Below, in pieces: positions 16,319-20,709 of a DNA stretch of 20,709 nucleotides (the stretch's first letter is position 1; each line of letters opens with the position of its first letter). The notes under the pieces were generated by a model. The model was not told the origin of the DNA. It worked only from the letters and a program-made list of their open reading frames with translations, and did no database searches. Source of the DNA: Candidatus Thorarchaeota archaeon (lineage in GTDB: Archaea > Asgardarchaeota > Thorarchaeia > Thorarchaeales > Thorarchaeaceae); contig JAEOTX010000215.1 of assembly GCA_016839605.1 (NCBI GenBank), positions 1-20,709 on the forward strand. The letters are read 5' to 3'. Position numbers and translations under genes: made by a program.

Positions 16319-16952
16319 CAGGCGTTTCAATATCACTCACATAATCGATGCCTAGTTCTTCCACTGCTTCCTGTAAGATACTAACCCAGTCCTCAGCTAA
16401 TGCTCTGAGGTCGGGATCGATAGAGTAAGCCTGTTCTACTGAAGCAAGAGCTTCATGGAAGTATTCCAAGAAGAAGAAACAAACCGCACGATTATACCAG
16501 GTTATGGCTGAGTTGGGGTCTAAAAGCAACGAACGGTAAAAAGCATTGAGGCCTTCTGCCCACCTTTCCTCTCCCATGTGGGCCAGACCAAGCAGTTGCC
16601 AGACATGGCTATTTCGTGGGTCGAGCTCTAGGCTCTTTGTAAGGGCATCTATTCCTTCTTGGTTTTCATTTAGGAGCAAATGCATGAAGCCTTTGTCAGC
16701 CCACGCAGACAGTGCACTTGGTTCAGTCTTAGTAATCCTGTCAAGCATATATAGTGCACTCTGAGGTCTCTTGAGCTCGAGGTTGCAGACAACAAGTTGT
16801 TCTAGAATCTTTTTGTTGGTAGGGTACTTTGCCAGACCATTCTCCAAGGCATCCGCTGCTTCAATGAATCTTGATTTCTTCATCAGACCCGTAGCCTGAT
16901 TGAGAATTTGTACAACACCTTGGGATTCAGCGTTTCTTATGGTCAATTTCAA
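16311..16952 (-). CDS. Tetratricopeptide repeat protein
   Basis: 34-aa TPR units: AWADKG..., ALTKSLELDPRNSHVWQLLG, AFYRSLLLDPNSAITWYNRA, SVEQAYSIDP. Overlaps the convergent WD40 gene by 8 bp. Confidence 0.9.
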   Translation of the reverse strand: MKLTIRNAESQGVVQILNQATGLMKKSRFIEAADALENGLAKYPTNKKILEQLVVCNLELKRPQSALYMLDRITKTEPSALSAWADKGFMHLLLNENQEGIDALTKSLELDPRNSHVWQLLGLAHMGEERWAEGLNAFYRSLLLDPNSAITWYNRAVCFFFLEYFHEALASVEQAYSIDPDLRALAEDWVSILQEAVEELGIDYVSDIETPAS

Positions 16953-17077
16953 ACCCCCACGTGAAGCATCAACACTCTAACGTGGTCCAACCCTTAATCA
17001 GTGCCAGAGAAATTCCTAGAAAAGGTTTGTTCTCATGGTAAATTTCTGCGGTCTGCTTCTTGGTATCACTCGTCCTA

Positions 17078-17458
17078 TCACAGGACTGCAATCGCCTCTA
17101 TTTCGATATCAACATCCTTAGGCAATCCGGCCACTTGTACAGCTGCTCTGGCAGGAGGTTTGTCACCAAACCACTTGGCATATTCAGCATTCATCTCACC
17201 AAAGTCATCCATGTCTTTCAGAAAGACTGACACCTTGACAACCTTATCCATGCTTGTCCCTGCAGCCTCAAGAACTGCTTTGACGTTTTTCAGTGACTGT
17301 CTGGTTTGGTCTGTTATGGAACCTGACACCATCTCATCCTTTTCACGATCATATGGTATCTGCCCTGAGCAGAACACAAATCCATTCGCCTTGACACCCT
17401 GTGAGTACGGCCCAATTGCCTTTGGTGCCTTATCCGATGAAACTACTTCGCGACTCAT
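17078..17458 (-). CDS. ridA: RidA family reactive intermediate/imine deaminase (YjgF/UK114)
   Basis: [52 protein letters not shown], with the catalytic Arg in PAR. Confidence 0.96.
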   Translation of the reverse strand: MSREVVSSDKAPKAIGPYSQGVKANGFVFCSGQIPYDREKDEMVSGSITDQTRQSLKNVKAVLEAAGTSMDKVVKVSVFLKDMDDFGEMNAEYAKWFGDKPPARAAVQVAGLPKDVDIEIEAIAVL

Positions 17459-17504
17459 TGGAGTTCCTGTATCGCGACATCAATCTTCAGCATTAATGTA
17501 GCGG

Positions 17505-18482
17505 TCAATGCCGGACAGGAGGCGGTGGGGGAACTGCATGACCTCCTACAATTCTGGTACCGGTCTCTCCACGAAGGGCTTTAGTGATGTTTGGCGGGTC
17601 TGTTATGATGGCCATCTCTCCACCGTTCTTTATGAACTCGATACATGCCTCGACCTTTGGCTTCATGCTTCCTGGAGCGAAGTGACCTGCGTCTAGATAT
17701 TGTTGAGCCTCGAACTGGTCCATCTTATCAATGGCCTCTTGATTCTCTTCACCAAAATTGAGATAGACCTTCTCGACAGCTGTTGAAATAAGCAAAAGGT
17801 CCGCGTCAAGTCCGGTTGCGAGAAGACTTGATGCTCTGTCTTTGTCTATGACTGCAGCCACTCCCTCAAGCTGACCATCAGTTCCTGCAACCACCGGAAT
17901 ACCGCCGCCGCCGACAGCATAGACGATTATCCCATTCTTGTTGAGTGCCTTGATCGCTGGGAGTTCTACAATCTCCTTGGGTATCGGTGAAGCCACCACT
18001 CTTCTCCATCCTCTTCCAGAGTCCTCCTTAATCTGCCAGCCCTCAGCGTCAGCACGTTTCTTCGCGGTCTTCTCATCCATGAATGAACCGATGGGCTTTG
18101 CTGGGTTCTCAAATGCTGGGTCTTCCTTGGCAACCCTGACCTGAGTGACAACGGTGGCAACATGCTTGTCAATGGTGCGTTTGTGGAACTCATTGTAGAG
18201 GGCGCGTTGAATCATATATCCAATAGCACCTTGTGTATCAGCACCGCAATAATCAAGCGGCACTGGATGAAGCTCGTGTTCGGCCAGCTCGGACCTTCGC
18301 AGAATGAACCCTACCTGAGGGCCATTGCCCGAGGTGATGACCACGTCCCACCCCTCTACAATCATGTCTGCGATGTGTGCGCAGGTTTCTGCCGTCGCGG
18401 CATATTGGTCTGGAACTGTTTTCTTCGTCTTATCTCTAATTAGAGAATTTCCACCTATTGCAACTACAGCTTTCTTTGACAT
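17505..18482 (-). CDS. arcC: Carbamate kinase
   Basis: VVAIGGNSL, GNGPQVG, GADTQGAIGY, DPAFENPAKPIG, EDSGRGWRRVVASPIP, GGGGIPV, AVIDKD and GSMKPKVEA. Confidence 0.96.
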   Translation of the reverse strand: MSKKAVVAIGGNSLIRDKTKKTVPDQYAATAETCAHIADMIVEGWDVVITSGNGPQVGFILRRSELAEHELHPVPLDYCGADTQGAIGYMIQRALYNEFHKRTIDKHVATVVTQVRVAKEDPAFENPAKPIGSFMDEKTAKKRADAEGWQIKEDSGRGWRRVVASPIPKEIVELPAIKALNKNGIIVYAVGGGGIPVVAGTDGQLEGVAAVIDKDRASSLLATGLDADLLLISTAVEKVYLNFGEENQEAIDKMDQFEAQQYLDAGHFAPGSMKPKVEACIEFIKNGGEMAIITDPPNITKALRGETGTRIVGGHAVPPPPPVRH

Positions 18483-18641
18483 TCAAATCATCTCTCTTGA
18501 ACAGAGGTCAATCTTGGGACACTAGTCCTAATTAAGGCTGACGCCACACTTCGCTTAGCAGAATCAGGTAGAGGGAAACCCGACAAAAAACTCGTGAGGC
18601 GGTTGACCGACACAAGCACGACCTACTAGGCTGACCAAGGA

Positions 18642-18657
18642 CTGTGTATATACACAG
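18642..18657. promoter_or_regulatory. Perfect 16-bp palindrome CTGTGTATATACACAG, candidate transcription-factor operator
   Basis: Self-complementary sequence in the ~270-bp divergent intergenic region between arcC and the BNR-repeat gene. Confidence 0.45.
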
Positions 18658-18753
18658 GGCTATCTGTCTTCGATTCTAGGTGATACAAATACAATTAATA
18701 CTAGTTCCAATCTGGGTTTCTCAAGCTCTAGTAATGAGAAGAAGGGAAACTCC

Positions 18754-20280
18754 TTGAGAAGGCTGCAATCTCGGACAAATGTCGCCGTTTTGTATATCCT
18801 CTTTGTGGTTTTTGTCTTTGCAGTCTCGGTTCCATTCCTGCTTGAAGAGGTTCCGCCAATAGAGAATGGAGAAGAAACACGAGAGTACTTCACTGAAAAC
18901 ATCACAAGTTTCGGTTGGGCGCACACGAATACACCCTCTGTATATTACGATGCTAGCACAGATCGGACTTACATGGTATTCCAGGCGGACCTTGATACCA
19001 ATGGGTACGACCTCGACCCCCACATTATGTACTATCAACATGCGTCATCTTCATGGAGTGATGTTTATAGGGTTGCAGTGAACCCCTTGAACAATTGGCC
19101 GCCTCCGGCTTTCGATGGAGACACCCACGGTGCACCGTGTATGTGGATTGACAGTGAAGGGTATATTCACGTTCTCTACGGTGCGCATCAGAGTAGACCA
19201 ATCAAACACGCTAGAAGCAGCATCCCAAACGACATAACGAGCTTTATAGTTCAATCCAATCCTTCTCCTGGAAATTATCAGACCTACCCAGCTGTGATGT
19301 ACGATACGTTGACCAACATAACACACCTGATCTATCGAGGCTCTGCTGGTGGCTATGGCCTGGTTCACATCAGTTCATTAGACAATGGCATCACATGGTC
19401 TGCCGAACATGAGTTTGTTAGCACACCCACAGATGTGCGTCCATACAGAGGCTTTATTGAACTTGACCCTAACCATAGTGAGATTATACACGTTGCATGG
19501 CTAAACCACAACATGCTCCCAACTGAAACGCACGGCGCAGACCATGATTTCTACTACTGTTATCTCAATGTTTCAAATGGTCGTGTCTATAATGTTAGAA
19601 ACCATGACCAAGGCATGCAAGTATCGGGCGCAGATTTGGATAATTGCCTAGTATACGACTATCCAGATGATGACGGAAGTAGAAACGGCTATCCGGATCT
19701 ATTCTTGGACAGCCACGGTAAACCACATATCTTTACATTCATTGGCAATTCGAGTAAGTTCCATTCTCCAGGAGCATGGACGTTGAAGTATCACTACTGG
19801 GACTCTGCGTCATCTCAGTGGGAAGATATGAACATCACTACTCACTATGGAAGCGGCAATCCAGCCGCTGCAATTGTCCATGACTCAGACAACATAACAA
19901 TCTTCACTACTGGTACAGATAGAGATGTGCACAGATGGACTTATGATGGGAACGACTGGACATACCGGGAGAAGATCGGAGGTTCAACCACATCGCACCT
20001 TGTTTCTTTTACTCAGATACCAGCGCATTACAACAAAGGTAACCGAACAGAGTTCCAGGTTGCGTTCACCGAGTTTCTTCTTGAAGACAAGAAAGTCAAG
20101 GGATACATTTGGGGTTCCCGAGGTCTGCTGGGTAGAAACTACACTATTGGCGACGAAAGTGTCAGGGCGAATGAGCAGCATTTTCCAGGTCGGGTCAGGT
20201 GTCTTTGGTTTGACAGGTTCTATCAGGGAGTACGTTTGGGTTCTATCAGGTTCTATCAGGGAGTACGTTTGCATTCATAG
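18754..20280 (+). CDS. Secreted/membrane-anchored BNR-4-type beta-propeller protein (polysaccharide-lyase-like)
   Basis: Basic-then-hydrophobic N-terminus (VAVLYILFVVFVFAVSVPFLL), DTHGAP..IDSEGYIHVLYGAH, TYP, Asp-box SLDNGITWS, and 9 N-x-S/T sequons. Confidence 0.75.
   Translation: MRRLQSRTNVAVLYILFVVFVFAVSVPFLLEEVPPIENGEETREYFTENITSFGWAHTNTPSVYYDASTDRTYMVFQADLDTNGYDLDPHIMYYQHASSSWSDVYRVAVNPLNNWPPPAFDGDTHGAPCMWIDSEGYIHVLYGAHQSRPIKHARSSIPNDITSFIVQSNPSPGNYQTYPAVMYDTLTNITHLIYRGSAGGYGLVHISSLDNGITWSAEHEFVSTPTDVRPYRGFIELDPNHSEIIHVAWLNHNMLPTETHGADHDFYYCYLNVSNGRVYNVRNHDQGMQVSGADLDNCLVYDYPDDDGSRNGYPDLFLDSHGKPHIFTFIGNSSKFHSPGAWTLKYHYWDSASSQWEDMNITTHYGSGNPAAAIVHDSDNITIFTTGTDRDVHRWTYDGNDWTYREKIGGSTTSHLVSFTQIPAHYNKGNRTEFQVAFTEFLLEDKKVKGYIWGSRGLLGRNYTIGDESVRANEQHFPGRVRCLWFDRFYQGVRLGSIRFYQGVRLHS
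20214..20271 (+). repeat. Local direct duplication: 25-bp CAGGTTCTATCAGGGAGTACGTTTG x2 (period 33 bp)
   Basis: Identical copies at 20214-20238 and 20247-20271. The core GGTTCTATCAGG occurs three times (20216, 20239, 20249). Confidence 0.9.
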
Positions 20281-20335
20281 GTACCTTAGAAAGAATTCAT
20301 CGAAGAGATGCTAAAGAGCTAGTCGAAAGCGTGGT

Positions 20336-20709
20336 CTATTCGTCACGTTTCTCTCTTAGCCATTCTTCACTGTATGCTGATTCCATCTCCATGGCACCAA
20401 AGACTGTTTTTCCAGTCATACCATCAACCAGCGTCTTTGTCCTGAACAGCATCTTTCTGTCCTTCTGAGTGAGCTCTCTTACGAACTCCATGCTCTTTTC
20501 CAATAGCTCCCCATGTTCGAATACTCTATCGGCTAGGCCTAATTGTAAAGCCTCATCTGCTTCGATAGTTCGCCCTGACAGCAGGAGATCTTTGGCTCTA
20601 GAAGGGCCAACTAGATGAAGGAGATTAGAAGCAGCACCCATTCCAGGGAAGATATTGAGATCGATCTCTGGAAACCGAAGGGCTGCATTTTTGGAGAAGA
20701 ACCTGAAAT
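20336..20709 (-). CDS. Enoyl-CoA hydratase/isomerase (crotonase) family, 3' part; start lies beyond the window end
   Basis: The frame stays open past the track's Met: FRFFSKNAALRFPEIDLNIFPGMGAASNLLHLVGPSRAKDLLLSGRTIEADEALQLGLADRV, the classic crotonase PE..L...PG.G / G...A..LLL.G..I.A.EA..LGL motif. Confidence 0.92.
   Translation of the reverse strand, partial: FRFFSKNAALRFPEIDLNIFPGMGAASNLLHLVGPSRAKDLLLSGRTIEADEALQLGLADRVFEHGELLEKSMEFVRELTQKDRKMLFRTKTLVDGMTGKTVFGAMEMESAYSEEWLREKRDE

Noticed and set aside
16311-16952. TPR protein as part of the cytoskeletal module
   Set aside because: It is convergent with its own promoter-like site and TPR proteins are common; adjacency alone is insufficient without synteny data.
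15793-17501. Long antisense ORFs 15793-16299 (-) and 17001-17501 (+), and the other short overlapping ORFs in the track
   Set aside because: They are shadows of well-supported genes on the opposite strand or in another frame, Ser/Leu-rich and without motifs.
20214-20271. CRISPR mini-array
   Set aside because: Only two copies, the 8-bp 'spacer' is itself repeat-derived, the repeat lies inside a CDS, and there are no cas genes.

Overview
Gene-dense archaeal chromosomal window. Archaeal features include GGTGA/GGAGG ribosome-binding sites, BRE/TATA-like promoters, type-2 IPP isomerase, split PurL/PurQ and an ADP-forming acyl-CoA synthetase alpha subunit. The WD40/MIT/TPR/SCP2-like proteins plus a tubulin-superfamily gene suggest an Asgard archaeon, possibly Thorarchaeia (inference only). 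No RNA genes, CRISPR arrays or mobile elements were seen. The main candidate new system lies at 8954-16318: a tight three-gene operon (896-aa helical rod with ~65-aa periodicity -> tubulin-superfamily GTPase -> 361-aa helical protein) transcribed divergently from a WD40 + MIT-like + helical + Lys-tail protein. The GTPase mixes FtsZ/CetZ-type loops with what looks like the tubulin-specific C-terminal H11-H12 region, and the two divergent promoters share a mirrored ~23-bp motif. A second oddity is an intact purQ-purL-like pair whose catalytic residues are replaced (PurQ Cys->Gly; both PurL active-site His lost), with no adjacent purS. A third is a secreted BNR-4 propeller with a polysaccharide-lyase-like His/His/Tyr/Arg set. 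All family assignments are by eye from remembered motifs; no searches were run.
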